Below, piece after piece: positions 1 through 8,876 of a DNA stretch of 55,891 nucleotides (position 1 is the stretch's first letter; each line of letters starts with the position of its first letter). The translations under genes were made by a program, and so were the position numbers. The notes under the pieces are model-generated. The model was not told where the DNA came from and made no database searches. It worked only from the letters and a program-made list of their open reading frames with translations. This DNA is from Candidatus Heimdallarchaeota archaeon (GTDB taxonomy: Archaea > Asgardarchaeota > Wukongarchaeia > Wukongarchaeales > JBHIFL01), in assembly GCA_046761065.1 (NCBI GenBank), contig JBHIFL010000018.1:1-55891 (forward strand). Reading direction: 5' to 3'.

Positions 1-4
1 TTAT

Positions 5-1271
5 TAGCTTGTTGCCCTAAAAATTGAAATGCAAGAAGGCCTCCATGACATTCTTTTTCGATGATTTTAAGGAGAATGATGACCGAAACTGTTTTATACC
101 TTCTCGGGTTCTTCATTTTGGGTATACACTATGAAAAAACCCAAGAAGAATGCACATTCTAAGAAGCGGTTTCGGCCGAGATTGTCCAGCTTCATCAAAC
201 ACTTAAATTTTTCCAAGTATACCTCCCGCCTTCCCGGTCACACTCCCACCTCGTCTCGAGGGGGTTATCCCAAACTCGCTTACCTGAAGGCTCTCCTCCT
301 CAAAGGCTTCCTCCAACTCACTTACCGCGATCTGGAAGCCTTTCTCCGCCGCTATCCGAGCTATGCGACGGCCTGTGGGTTCCTCCGGGCCCAGATCCCC
401 CATTATTCTCGCTTTGCCAAATTCTTTACCCGCCTAGAGCCCTCTTTAGTCGATGATATTAGTATTGATGTCACCCGGAAGCTGATTCGGCGCCTCAGAA
501 TGCCTTGTAGGTTTCTAGGAGTCGATTCCACATCCTCCCGCGCTTACGCCAATTCCTTCACGAAAAAGGGGGATCCGGACGCAGAAGTGGGGAAATCCTC
601 GGTGAAGGGCTTTTTCTACGGCTACAAGATTCATCTGGTAGTAGACGGCCAAACCGACCTCCCAGTGGCCTTTGAAGTCACGGCAGGGAACGTGTACGAT
701 GGCCACCGCCTCCTGCCGTTATTACGAAAAGCTGTGAAAATCACCCGCAAGCGCCCAAAAGCCGTTATAGCGGACAAAGGCTATGATGCAGGGTACAACT
801 ATGTGGGAGTCGTGGAAGAGATGATGGCCGCGCCCGTGATCGCGATCCGAGGGCGGAGGCGGAGGGTAGTGGGCCGCCAAACGACCCTGGAGGATTTCTT
901 CCTGCAACGGCAAGGAAACCGCCGAAAGAAGAGGAGACGTCGCACCAAAACGCAAGAACAGCGGCTGAGGCAGAATCCTCCGATCGCGAGAGGGAGTGAG
1001 GAGTGGAAAGTCCTCGCCCGATTCCGAGCGAGTGCGGAGAGGGCGATCAGCCGGTTGAAGGCGATCTTTGGGTTGGAACGGCTAAGAGTGAGGGGATTAG
1101 CGCGGGTGAGAAAACATGTCGGATTGTGCATAATAGGACTCCTAGAGAGCGCCCTGTATCTGGCGAAGCGAGGGAGACCACGATTGGTGAGATCGTTCCC
1201 CTATATGGTGTGAGGGGCTCGATGGTCGAATTGAAATTGATTAGCTAGGATATGGCTTGGGCAACAAGCTA
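5..1271 (+). mobile_element. Complete insertion sequence (IS4 superfamily DDE; IS5/IS1182-like)
   Basis: Perfect 13-bp terminal inverted repeats TAGCTTGTTGCCC (5-17) and GGGCAACAAGCTA (1259-1271), flanked by TTAT at 1-4 and 1272-1275. An alternative reading is an 11-bp TIR with a TATTA duplication. Encloses one transposase ORF and is GC-richer than its flanks. Confidence 0.9.
131..1213 (+). CDS. DDE transposase (DDE_Tnp_1 type)
   Basis: GVDST, GYKIH, ADKGYD and RASAERAISRLK motifs; N-terminal helical domain (YRDLE..L...CGF...PHYS). Confidence 0.92.
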   Translation: MKKPKKNAHSKKRFRPRLSSFIKHLNFSKYTSRLPGHTPTSSRGGYPKLAYLKALLLKGFLQLTYRDLEAFLRRYPSYATACGFLRAQIPHYSRFAKFFTRLEPSLVDDISIDVTRKLIRRLRMPCRFLGVDSTSSRAYANSFTKKGDPDAEVGKSSVKGFFYGYKIHLVVDGQTDLPVAFEVTAGNVYDGHRLLPLLRKAVKITRKRPKAVIADKGYDAGYNYVGVVEEMMAAPVIAIRGRRRRVVGRQTTLEDFFLQRQGNRRKKRRRRTKTQEQRLRQNPPIARGSEEWKVLARFRASAERAISRLKAIFGLERLRVRGLARVRKHVGLCIIGLLESALYLAKRGRPRLVRSFPYMV

Positions 1272-1965
1272 TTATGGTGTTTTGAAAAATATGGTTATAA
1301 TTTGAAGATTCCTCAAGATAGATGCTCCACCTGGTATTAATTATAGCGTTTCCCATTATACTGTTGTTGTTTGCAGAAGATTGAAGCCAGATGCCAAAGT
1401 CTTGCATAGTTATAGCGTTGTCAGAGATGTTGTTTTTTGAAGAAGACTGGAGCACAGAAATACCAACCCAGTTGCCAGTGATGGTGTTCCCATGGATGTT
1501 GTTGTTTGTAGAGCCCTGGAGCACGAGGCCCAAATAGTTTCTAGTGATGATGTTGCCAGAGATGTTGTTGTTTGAAGAAGACTGGACATAGAGGCCACCT
1601 CACTTGACTTTCGTGTCATAGTATTTTATGGTGTTGTCAGAGATGGTGTTGTTTGAAGAATTGGAGAGGAGGATGTCATACTCCCACCCTATGACCGTGA
1701 GATTTTTGATGGTTACGTTGCTTCTGCCATCTAAGTAGATACCCGTACCTCTTCCTGTTCCCGGACCTTGTAACGTGTAGCCATTTCCGTCTATCACGAG
1801 GTTGTCCGCCGTCACTACGATTGGTTCGTCGAGGTTTTTGGTAAAGGTGTAGTCCGACGAGATTTCGAGGGTGGATCCTGCCCTCACTAGCGTTGGGGCT
1901 TGTGTTCCAAGCGTGACCGCGAACAGGCATGCAAGAATCGCCAAAAGACAAAAAGTTTTCTTCAA
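1272..1965 (-). pseudogene. Secreted right-handed beta-helix (NosD/PbH1 repeat) protein with an in-frame TGA, truncated by the IS
   Basis: Signal peptide, IDGNGYTLQG motif and repeated SSNNxIxGNxI units. ORFs 1600..1965 and 1201..1533 share one frame across TGA at 1600-1602 (KVK*GGLYVQSSSNNNISGN). The frame runs into the IS right end. Confidence 0.85.
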
Positions 1966-2410
1966 TTTATTGCCCCCTACCTCCTAAGGATGTTTTTTTG
2001 AACGGAGAAAGAGAAATAACGGAATGAGAAGCGAAAGAACCTTTTGAGAAAGATTAGACTTTTTATGATTGGCATACAAATTCCATCCTATGATGTATCC
2101 ATTCAATTAAACCTTCACTGTTACATTAATATACTTTTCTGCTGAAATTAGCAAGACAGATTTTATCTAAAAAATTAAGTAATATAGGAGTGCTTTCATC
2201 TTGTTGTAGAAGTTATTTGGCATTTTTCATGTTGGATGCTTTGTAATGTTTAGTCTTCGGTTTCATCAATAAGTGAGAAAATGATTAAATCGAAAAAATG
2301 TAAGTTTTTGCTTTATTTTTTGAAAAAAACATGAGATTAAGCTTTAAATGCGAAAAAACGAAAAGTATAATGCTTCAAAACTTCCGGTTTTGGAGCACTC
2401 AATTCTAAGT

Positions 2411-2437
2411 AGAAAAGTATAATTAGCAGAAAAGTAT
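2411..2437 (+). promoter_or_regulatory. Direct repeat AGAAAAGTAT x2 upstream of the antitoxin gene; possible autoregulatory operator
   Basis: Copies at 2411-2420 and 2428-2437, and a third GAAAAGTAT at 2360-2368. Confidence 0.35.
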
Positions 2438-2455
2438 TATAAATTATGATAAAAT

Positions 2456-2734
2456 ATGACGACCTCTATTAAAGTAGAAGACTCAACGAAGAGAAAGATT
2501 GATAAAATCCAAGCCCAACTACTTTTACAATCGGGGAAGAAAGTTACTCAGCAGCAGCTTATTGAGTTAATGGCTGATTGGGCCACTCAAAACTTAGAAA
2601 CCCTCAAAAATATTCTTTTAGATAACCCAATCATACTAACTGACGAAGAAATTACGGCTTATAAGAAATATCGGATCTCAACAGGAATAAAGACCAACCC
2701 ACAGACCATCGACCAGATTCTTTACGGAGAATAG
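2456..2734 (+). CDS. Putative VapB-like antitoxin
   Basis: 92 aa with an N-terminal TTSIKV strand plus helices and a C-terminal IDQILYGE; directly upstream of a PIN gene; paralog of 21082..21354. Confidence 0.75.
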   Translation: MTTSIKVEDSTKRKIDKIQAQLLLQSGKKVTQQQLIELMADWATQNLETLKNILLDNPIILTDEEITAYKKYRISTGIKTNPQTIDQILYGE

Positions 2735-2740
2735 GATAGA

Positions 2741-3163
2741 ATGAGCATTCTCATTGATACAGGAGTCTGGATTGGGTATTTCAACATCGATGATTCACAG
2801 GCCGAACGAAGTAATGAAATCATAGAAGAAGTCCAACGAGGGAAATATGGGATCGCATGGACCACTACCTTCATCATCGATGAATTGTTTACGTTTTTAG
2901 TACGAGCGACTCGCAATCTCCAGTTAGCGATAAACGCGACTACGGTCGTGTTGGGAAAAAAAGAAGACGTTAAACCGTTTTTGCGGATCTATTGTATCAC
3001 CTACGAAGAGTGTTTGGAGGCTTTGAATTTAGCTGAGAGATATAAAGATCGACAAATGAATTTCACAGATTTAGTTTCAATAGTTGCATATAATAAACTG
3101 GGATTATCTTATATTGCTAGTTATGATAACCATTTTACAGGAATTCTTACAAAAGTTGACTAG
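2741..3163 (+). CDS. vapC: PIN-domain VapC toxin
   Basis: ILIDTG, DE, FTD and SYDNHF acidic PIN motifs. Confidence 0.88.
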   Translation: MSILIDTGVWIGYFNIDDSQAERSNEIIEEVQRGKYGIAWTTTFIIDELFTFLVRATRNLQLAINATTVVLGKKEDVKPFLRIYCITYEECLEALNLAERYKDRQMNFTDLVSIVAYNKLGLSYIASYDNHFTGILTKVD

Positions 3164-3278
3164 CTTCTGTTGACCAATAAACCATAATACAATAAAAATC
3201 TAAGCTATAAACTATAAAATGTGAGAGTTAATCTCTTTTCGTAAAATTTCGATGTAAAACCTTCTTAACATAGGTGTG

Positions 3279-3635
3279 TCATGACTCTAATGCGGGAAGA
3301 ATAATCCCTTGAAATTTCTGGGCTTCAGGTAGTGGACCTTCTACCCTCAGCTTCTTTGCAAAAAAGGCCTCCACAATATCTTCCTCACCTTTGTAAATTT
3401 TTGCGATGGTATTAGTATCCGATCGCAAAGTGACGGTTGGGGCCTCATGCGAACTGTCCACAAAATCGGTTTGGTTTTGTCCTTTAAAGACCAAATGAAA
3501 TGGCCCCTTTTCTCCTTCTAATTCAAATTGGATTATGGCTTTCCACCCACTCATACGTTCTTTTGATTTTTCATTAGTGTTTATTAACTCAACGGCTTTT
3601 CGGAGTAGTTCTTTTCCTTCACCCATCTGTTTCAC
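3279..3635 (-). CDS. SCP2 sterol/lipid-binding domain protein
   Basis: IQFELEG...PTVTL...G..DIVEAFFAKKLRVEG, a typical SCP2 signature. Confidence 0.85.
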   Translation of the reverse strand: MKQMGEGKELLRKAVELINTNEKSKERMSGWKAIIQFELEGEKGPFHLVFKGQNQTDFVDSSHEAPTVTLRSDTNTIAKIYKGEEDIVEAFFAKKLRVEGPLPEAQKFQGIILPALES

Positions 3636-3743
3636 CTTCTCTTAAGAATTTAATTCAAATTTTCGACCTCTTAATCGGTTTTATCCTTCGAACTCTTTCA
3701 AGACATAGAATTTAAATATAGTAGTTTCTGTATGCATTTTCGA

Positions 3744-3764
3744 TATCGGCATTCAATACCGATA
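3744..3764. promoter_or_regulatory. Imperfect 21-bp palindrome; candidate PadR operator
   Basis: TATCGGCATTCAATACCGATA between the divergent SCP2 and PadR genes; an 11-bp half-site recurs inverted at 4230-4240. Confidence 0.55.
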
Positions 3765-3832
3765 GCTGCATAACTAAAAACGCAAAATACGATTCATTTG
3801 AAACCTTGATAAATAATGGGCTGAGGAATTTT

Positions 3833-4198
3833 ATGAACTCATATATACGCAGTCTTAAAAAGGGTATTCTACGAGGTTACATCCTTTACGTTCTTAATAA
3901 CCTACCTAATGCACCCAAGGGTCTCTGTGGAATCGAGATCCTTGAAAAAATCAAACAGGATTTGGAAATGAAACTTGGATCTGGGACTTTATATCCAATC
4001 TTACATGAGATGGAATCCCGAGGAGTTATCTCCGGAAAATGGGATGTAAGTGATGGAATCCGTAAAAAATATTATCGAATTACAGAAAATGGACGTGTTC
4101 TGCTTACCAAATTCTGCAAGCAGCTTAAACATACTGTCATGCCTCTTTTACAAATGGAGGCTCCAATTCCCGCCCATCCTGCCTCTTCAGTAGAGTAG
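3833..4198 (+). CDS. PadR-family transcriptional regulator
   Basis: LKKGIL, GSGTLYPILHEME..G and RKKYYRITENG motifs; GAGGA RBS before ATG 3833. Confidence 0.9.
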   Translation: MNSYIRSLKKGILRGYILYVLNNLPNAPKGLCGIEILEKIKQDLEMKLGSGTLYPILHEMESRGVISGKWDVSDGIRKKYYRITENGRVLLTKFCKQLKHTVMPLLQMEAPIPAHPASSVE

Positions 4199-4324
4199 AT
4201 TACTTCCAATATTCACTAAACACAAGAATAATGCCGATATTTTGTCATCTGGCGCATCGGTAGGGCCAACATAAGCTCTTTACAATGTAATGCGCTGAGT
4301 TACGTTCTAAAAGAGGTGCAGGTT

Positions 4325-5098
4325 ATGCATGAACTTGAAATAAAGGAAAAGAAAGAGGATATAATTGAACCCAAAAGCGAGACGGAAGTTCTCATCGATC
4401 TTTTGAGAACACGTCGAAGTGAACGCCGGTTTACCGGCGCAAACATTCCTGATGAACACATCGAACGAATCTTGGATGCTCTTCGCACTGCCCCCAGCCC
4501 GGAGAACATGCAAATGTGGCGTTACGTTGTTATTCGTAAGGATCAGGAGATGAAAAAGCTCCTAGCCGATACAGCACAAGCCGTTTCTGCAGCTGTCTTC
4601 GGAAGCTATCCTTACGAAGCTACGACTGGACGCCTCTGGTATCTCCCCTCTCAGAATCGAGCAGCTACATACGAAGAAATGAAAGACGGGGAACTTTTTC
4701 GCTATCCGGAGAAGGCTGATACGGTCATCCTCGGCTTAGGATCGGAATTTTGGCATGATGCTACGGTTATGTACCCGATGCATCTCTTCGGTTCGGTTGT
4801 AGTTGCTATGGGAATGTTTTCCGCTTGGCTTGTTGCCCATTCCATGGGATATGGAGTGGCATGGCAAGCATTTCCCTTGGCAGATCAACGGATTCAGGAA
4901 CTGATCACCGATAAGCTAGGGATTCCCCGGACGTGGATCCCAGTCGGAACTCTGAATATTGGAGTAATTGAAGGCGGTGTTCAGGCACGACGAATGCTAG
5001 GCCCTTCTCGCTGGCCTCTAGAAGGCGTCGTGTTTTCTGAGCGTTGGGGCAATCCGTATATTCGGCTAGCCTTCCGAAAAGAAAGGTGTGACCTATGA
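4325..5098 (+). CDS. Nitroreductase-family flavoprotein with extended insert
   Basis: RRSERRF, APSPENMQMWRYVVI, AHSMGYG and R.PLEGVVFSERW motifs; GAGGTG RBS. Confidence 0.88.
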   Translation: MHELEIKEKKEDIIEPKSETEVLIDLLRTRRSERRFTGANIPDEHIERILDALRTAPSPENMQMWRYVVIRKDQEMKKLLADTAQAVSAAVFGSYPYEATTGRLWYLPSQNRAATYEEMKDGELFRYPEKADTVILGLGSEFWHDATVMYPMHLFGSVVVAMGMFSAWLVAHSMGYGVAWQAFPLADQRIQELITDKLGIPRTWIPVGTLNIGVIEGGVQARRMLGPSRWPLEGVVFSERWGNPYIRLAFRKERCDL

Positions 5099-5358
5099 CA
5101 ATAGAGATAGAATTAGATGAGTCGACGAAAACAAAACTCGAAACCCTCGCCAGCGAGGCTGGTGGTCTCTCGTTAAAGAGTGCAATTGAACTCATTCTCA
5201 GGCAGTTTGTCGAAAACCCTGGGGGGCGAATCTACGTTGGAACCTGGTTTCGGGGTAATGTGGGATCTGCAAAAGGGTTTCGTTTTGTCGTCCAGTGGCC
5301 TTTTAAAACGGGTTTTGAACGCGTGAAAGGTGATATTGCAACTTCTTGGAAAAAATAG
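5095..5358 (+). CDS. Small protein: N-terminal RHH-like domain plus aromatic beta-rich C-terminus
   Basis: TIEIEL strand followed by two amphipathic helices; ATGA overlap with the nitroreductase stop. Confidence 0.65.
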   Translation: MTIEIELDESTKTKLETLASEAGGLSLKSAIELILRQFVENPGGRIYVGTWFRGNVGSAKGFRFVVQWPFKTGFERVKGDIATSWKK

Positions 5359-5373
5359 ATGGAGGATTTTATT

Positions 5374-5661
5374 ATGGCGAAATTTCGAAAACACCCTGAT
5401 TCAGAATGGCCCGGGTTCGGTCCATTTTTAAAACCAGAACACATCAGGCAGTTAGAATACTTCGGTGGGAATGAATATCTAGTACAATCTATGGTAGAAA
5501 ATCAAAAAGGCCGTATAATCGTTACCCTCGAACACGAAGCTCATCAAAAGTTCCTCAAGGCAGTTCGCAACAAATATGGGAATATGTTCGCAGAAACTGT
5601 GAACCGGGTGGCTCGAGAGGCAGTTATGAAATGGGTGGAAGAAAACCTGGAAACTGTATAA
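5374..5661 (+). CDS. Small protein with C-terminal RHH-like domain
   Basis: GRIIVTL...F..AV..KYG...AREAVMKW pattern of archaeal RHH proteins; GGAGG RBS at 5361-5365. Confidence 0.65.
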   Translation: MAKFRKHPDSEWPGFGPFLKPEHIRQLEYFGGNEYLVQSMVENQKGRIIVTLEHEAHQKFLKAVRNKYGNMFAETVNRVAREAVMKWVEENLETV

Positions 5662-5673
5662 GGTGTGAATGGA

Positions 5674-6048
5674 ATGACTAGTGAAGCAGTCAATCGTGTA
5701 CGTCAGTTCATGCGTCACATATGTTCGGCAGTTAATGCCAGTGAAGATCATAAAAAGTTTGTAGCTCAATGGTTAGGCCCGTATATAGGGAAAGTGCTGC
5801 AAGTTGATGCTGAAGGTGAAAAATTCTACACCGTGATAACGAAAGAAAAACTGTGGATGGAAGAAGGAGATTATCCTTCTCCTGATGTCATCTACCGCGT
5901 AAAGGATGCCCAAGTGCTGCTCGATATTTTTACTGGGCGAACTCCATTTCGAGATGTGATGAAGTCTTGGGACTTGGTGGTAATTGGTGCCGCCCATGAA
6001 TCAGTACCCCTCGCACAATTAATCTTCAACGTTATGCAAGCAATCTAG
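5674..6048 (+). CDS. Divergent SCP2-like lipid-binding protein
   Basis: VLQV...FY.VI...EG..PSPDVIY...LLDIFTG.......DLVVIG pattern. Confidence 0.7.
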   Translation: MTSEAVNRVRQFMRHICSAVNASEDHKKFVAQWLGPYIGKVLQVDAEGEKFYTVITKEKLWMEEGDYPSPDVIYRVKDAQVLLDIFTGRTPFRDVMKSWDLVVIGAAHESVPLAQLIFNVMQAI

Positions 6049-6066
6049 ATGGAGGTGCCGCAAAAT

Positions 6067-7203
6067 ATGGTAAAAAGAATAGCTGTCATCGGATGTGGAG
6101 CAATGGGTTCAGGTATTACCTATCAGGCTGCACGATTCGGGTATCCCGTATCTGTTGTAGAAGTCAATCAAGAGCTTTTAGACAAGGGTATGAACAAGAT
6201 CCGTAATGATATTCGGTATGGGATCGACAGAGGCAAAATCACGCTTAAAGATGCTGAAACCTTGTTTGCTCGGATCACACCCACAGTCAACCTCCAAGAA
6301 GCCGTAGGTACCGCCGATATGGTGATCGAAGCGATTGTGGAGAATATGCAAATCAAAAAAGACCTATTTGCTCAACTTGATCAGTATGCACCGGCTGATG
6401 CCATCCTCGCTTCCAATACAAGCTCTCTTAGCATCACAGAAATTGCAAGTGCTACCCAACGGCCTGAGTTAGTGATTGGGATGCATTTCTTCAATCCTGT
6501 GCCTGCAATGCGTTTGCTTGAACTGGTCATCACAGACCAGACCTCTGGACAAACAATCGAGATCGCAGAGCAAGTCGGCAAACAATTAGATAAAATCACA
6601 GTCCGCGCCAAAGATACCCCTGGTTTCATTGTCAACCGGGTGTTGCTCCCCGAGATTGGTGAAGCAATAGCTATCTTGGAAGAGGGTATTGCAACCCCTG
6701 AAGAGATTGATAAAATAACAGTAAGTCGTCTTGGATGGCCTGTTGGCCCACTTACCCTTAGTGATTTCACAGGACTTGATGTTGGGCTCTCAATAGCTAA
6801 ATATATGCATGAAATGCTCGGTGAGTGTTGGAAACCCTCTCCATATCTCGAAAAGTTAGTTGCGGAGGGGAAATTCGGTGATAAACAGGGAGGCGGGTGG
6901 TTACAACATTATCCAACTTTTGGTATAGAAAAGTCGCCAAAAGCCACCGAGTATACCCCTGAGCTCCTAGTTCACCGCATTGTGGTGCGTATCCTCGGAG
7001 AAGCGGCAAAGCTAGTTGATCTAGGTGTTACTGAAGAAGATATCAACACTGCATGCCGATATGGCTTGAATTGGCCAAAAGGACCTTTTGAATTGATTAG
7101 TGAACTTGGAGCCGCAGCTCTTCTCAGTATGAGCCAGAAACTATATTCTGAAAAGGGTGAGTGTTACAAATTACCTGCCACATTGGAAAAGATGTTGAAA
7201 TAG
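6067..7203 (+). CDS. 3-hydroxyacyl-CoA dehydrogenase with duplicated C-terminal domain
   Basis: GCGAMGSGI, EAIVE, ASNTSSL, GMHFFNP and PGFIVNR motifs; second WPKGP domain. Confidence 0.95.
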   Translation: MVKRIAVIGCGAMGSGITYQAARFGYPVSVVEVNQELLDKGMNKIRNDIRYGIDRGKITLKDAETLFARITPTVNLQEAVGTADMVIEAIVENMQIKKDLFAQLDQYAPADAILASNTSSLSITEIASATQRPELVIGMHFFNPVPAMRLLELVITDQTSGQTIEIAEQVGKQLDKITVRAKDTPGFIVNRVLLPEIGEAIAILEEGIATPEEIDKITVSRLGWPVGPLTLSDFTGLDVGLSIAKYMHEMLGECWKPSPYLEKLVAEGKFGDKQGGGWLQHYPTFGIEKSPKATEYTPELLVHRIVVRILGEAAKLVDLGVTEEDINTACRYGLNWPKGPFELISELGAAALLSMSQKLYSEKGECYKLPATLEKMLK

Positions 7204-7288
7204 AAGATCAATACCCAGCCTAGCAAACCCTTTTAGAACTCTTTTAAGAGGTAATAAACAACCAAAGAAACAGATAGGAGACAAAAAA

Positions 7289-8107
7289 ATGAGCACGTAT
7301 GAAACCGTCACAGTTTCAAAAGAAGGAAGTTTCCTCGCGCCAGAACCGAACATCGCAATTGTTAAGTTAAACCGCCCGGAAACTTTGAATGCCTTTAATG
7401 ACCAACTGATTACCGATTTAGAAGCCGCATTTAAGGAGATCGAGCAGGACGAGAGTATTCGCGCTGTTATCGTCACGGCTGAAGGCGAAAAAGCCTTTTC
7501 AGCTGGAGCCGATCTGAAACAAGCAAGTACAATCAGTCCAGAGGAAGCAGCGACTCAGGCAACGGCCTTAGTTGAAAAGGGACAGCGGGTCTTCACGTAC
7601 ATTGAAAACTTTCCAAAACCTACGGTCTGTGCGATTAATGGATTAGCATTAGGTGGTGGATTAGAACTCTCGCTTTGTTGTGATCTTAGAGTTGCTAGTA
7701 AAGAAGCCAAAATGGGCAGTCCCGAAGTCCAAGTTGGACTCATTCCCTCTTGGGGTGGCTGTGATCGTTTACCCCGTCTTGTAGGCCTTTCAAAAGCCAA
7801 GGAAATTGTCCTTACAGGCGGAATGTTATCAGCAGATCAGGCTGAAAAGATTGGGTTAGTCAACAAAGTTGTCCCTCCAGATGAACTACATAGCACTGCA
7901 ATGTTCATGGCTCAAAAGCTTGCGGATAATGCGCCAGTCGCCATGCGGTTAGCCAAGCAAGTGTTGAACAAATCCCTCGATCAAGACCTCGATGCAGGGC
8001 TTGCCCTTGAGCGTAACGCAACGGTGGAATGCTTCAAAACCGAAGACATTCAAGAAGGAATTAAAGCCGTCTTTGAGAAACGTAAAGCGCAATTCAAAGG
8101 CAAATAA
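7289..8107 (+). CDS. Enoyl-CoA hydratase (crotonase)
   Basis: AFSAGADL, GGGLEL and PEVQVG motifs; both catalytic Glu present. Confidence 0.95.
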   Translation: MSTYETVTVSKEGSFLAPEPNIAIVKLNRPETLNAFNDQLITDLEAAFKEIEQDESIRAVIVTAEGEKAFSAGADLKQASTISPEEAATQATALVEKGQRVFTYIENFPKPTVCAINGLALGGGLELSLCCDLRVASKEAKMGSPEVQVGLIPSWGGCDRLPRLVGLSKAKEIVLTGGMLSADQAEKIGLVNKVVPPDELHSTAMFMAQKLADNAPVAMRLAKQVLNKSLDQDLDAGLALERNATVECFKTEDIQEGIKAVFEKRKAQFKGK

Positions 8108-8140
8108 CTAGATGTGGGGTTTAGCCCTGTATGAGAAAGA

Positions 8141-8158
8141 TCTCCTTCTTCTTTTTTC
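8141..8158 (+). terminator. Pyrimidine/oligo-T archaeal terminator candidate
   Basis: TCTCCTTCTTCTTTTTTC about 35 nt after the crotonase stop. Confidence 0.45.
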
Positions 8159-8341
8159 TAATTAGGGGAAAAAGAATGTGATTTGATCTCAAGACTATCC
8201 TCATCTCACTTATTCTATTTAATTCCTTAAAAGGTAAACATGACTGAAGCCCTTGTTTTACTTCACAAATAATGATATTATAAAAATCAACGAAAAATAC
8301 AAATTTGAAACGATCATAACTCAACTACTTGAGGTTGATAA

Positions 8342-8629
8342 ATGCCAATCTACATTTTGCTCTCCAAACTAACCGCGGAAGGACGGAAAACTATCAAAGA
8401 CAACCCTGAAAGAATCCGAGAAGTCAATATGGAAATCGAAAGTTTTGGTGCCAAAATTGTCAAACAATACGCTGTATTAGGACCCTATGACTTCATCAAT
8501 GTGGTTGAGGCTCCAGATAATGAAACTATTACACGGGTATCTGTTGAGTTTGGCGCCCGAGGTACTGTGGAAATAACGAGCATGCCAGCGATGCCGATCG
8601 ACGACTTCATCGCCATGGTCAAGAAATAA
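8342..8629 (+). CDS. GYD-domain protein
   Basis: MPIYILL, LGPYDFINVVEAPD; followed by an oligo-T tract at about 8641-8657. Confidence 0.88.
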   Translation: MPIYILLSKLTAEGRKTIKDNPERIREVNMEIESFGAKIVKQYAVLGPYDFINVVEAPDNETITRVSVEFGARGTVEITSMPAMPIDDFIAMVKK

Positions 8630-8876
8630 GAACTACAAATCTTTCTTCCTTTTTTTTAAAGCCAAAAGATTGTTTAGGATTACCGAGTATTTTTAATTAT
8701 TATCCTATTGAGATTAATATGTAATAGTAGGAAATATGAATCGCCACAGGTTTCCTACGTATGTATGCACAATAATACAAAAAACATCGAGCAACTACAA
8801 AAAAGAATACCCAGTGAAAAAATTTCAAACTCGGAGAGTTGAGTATAAACTGATGTATTCTAGGAGATGAGATTTA

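Noticed and set aside
1600-1602. Selenocysteine at the in-frame TGA of the beta-helix gene
   Set aside because: The position is not a redox motif, no SECIS was recognised, and the gene is also IS-disrupted.
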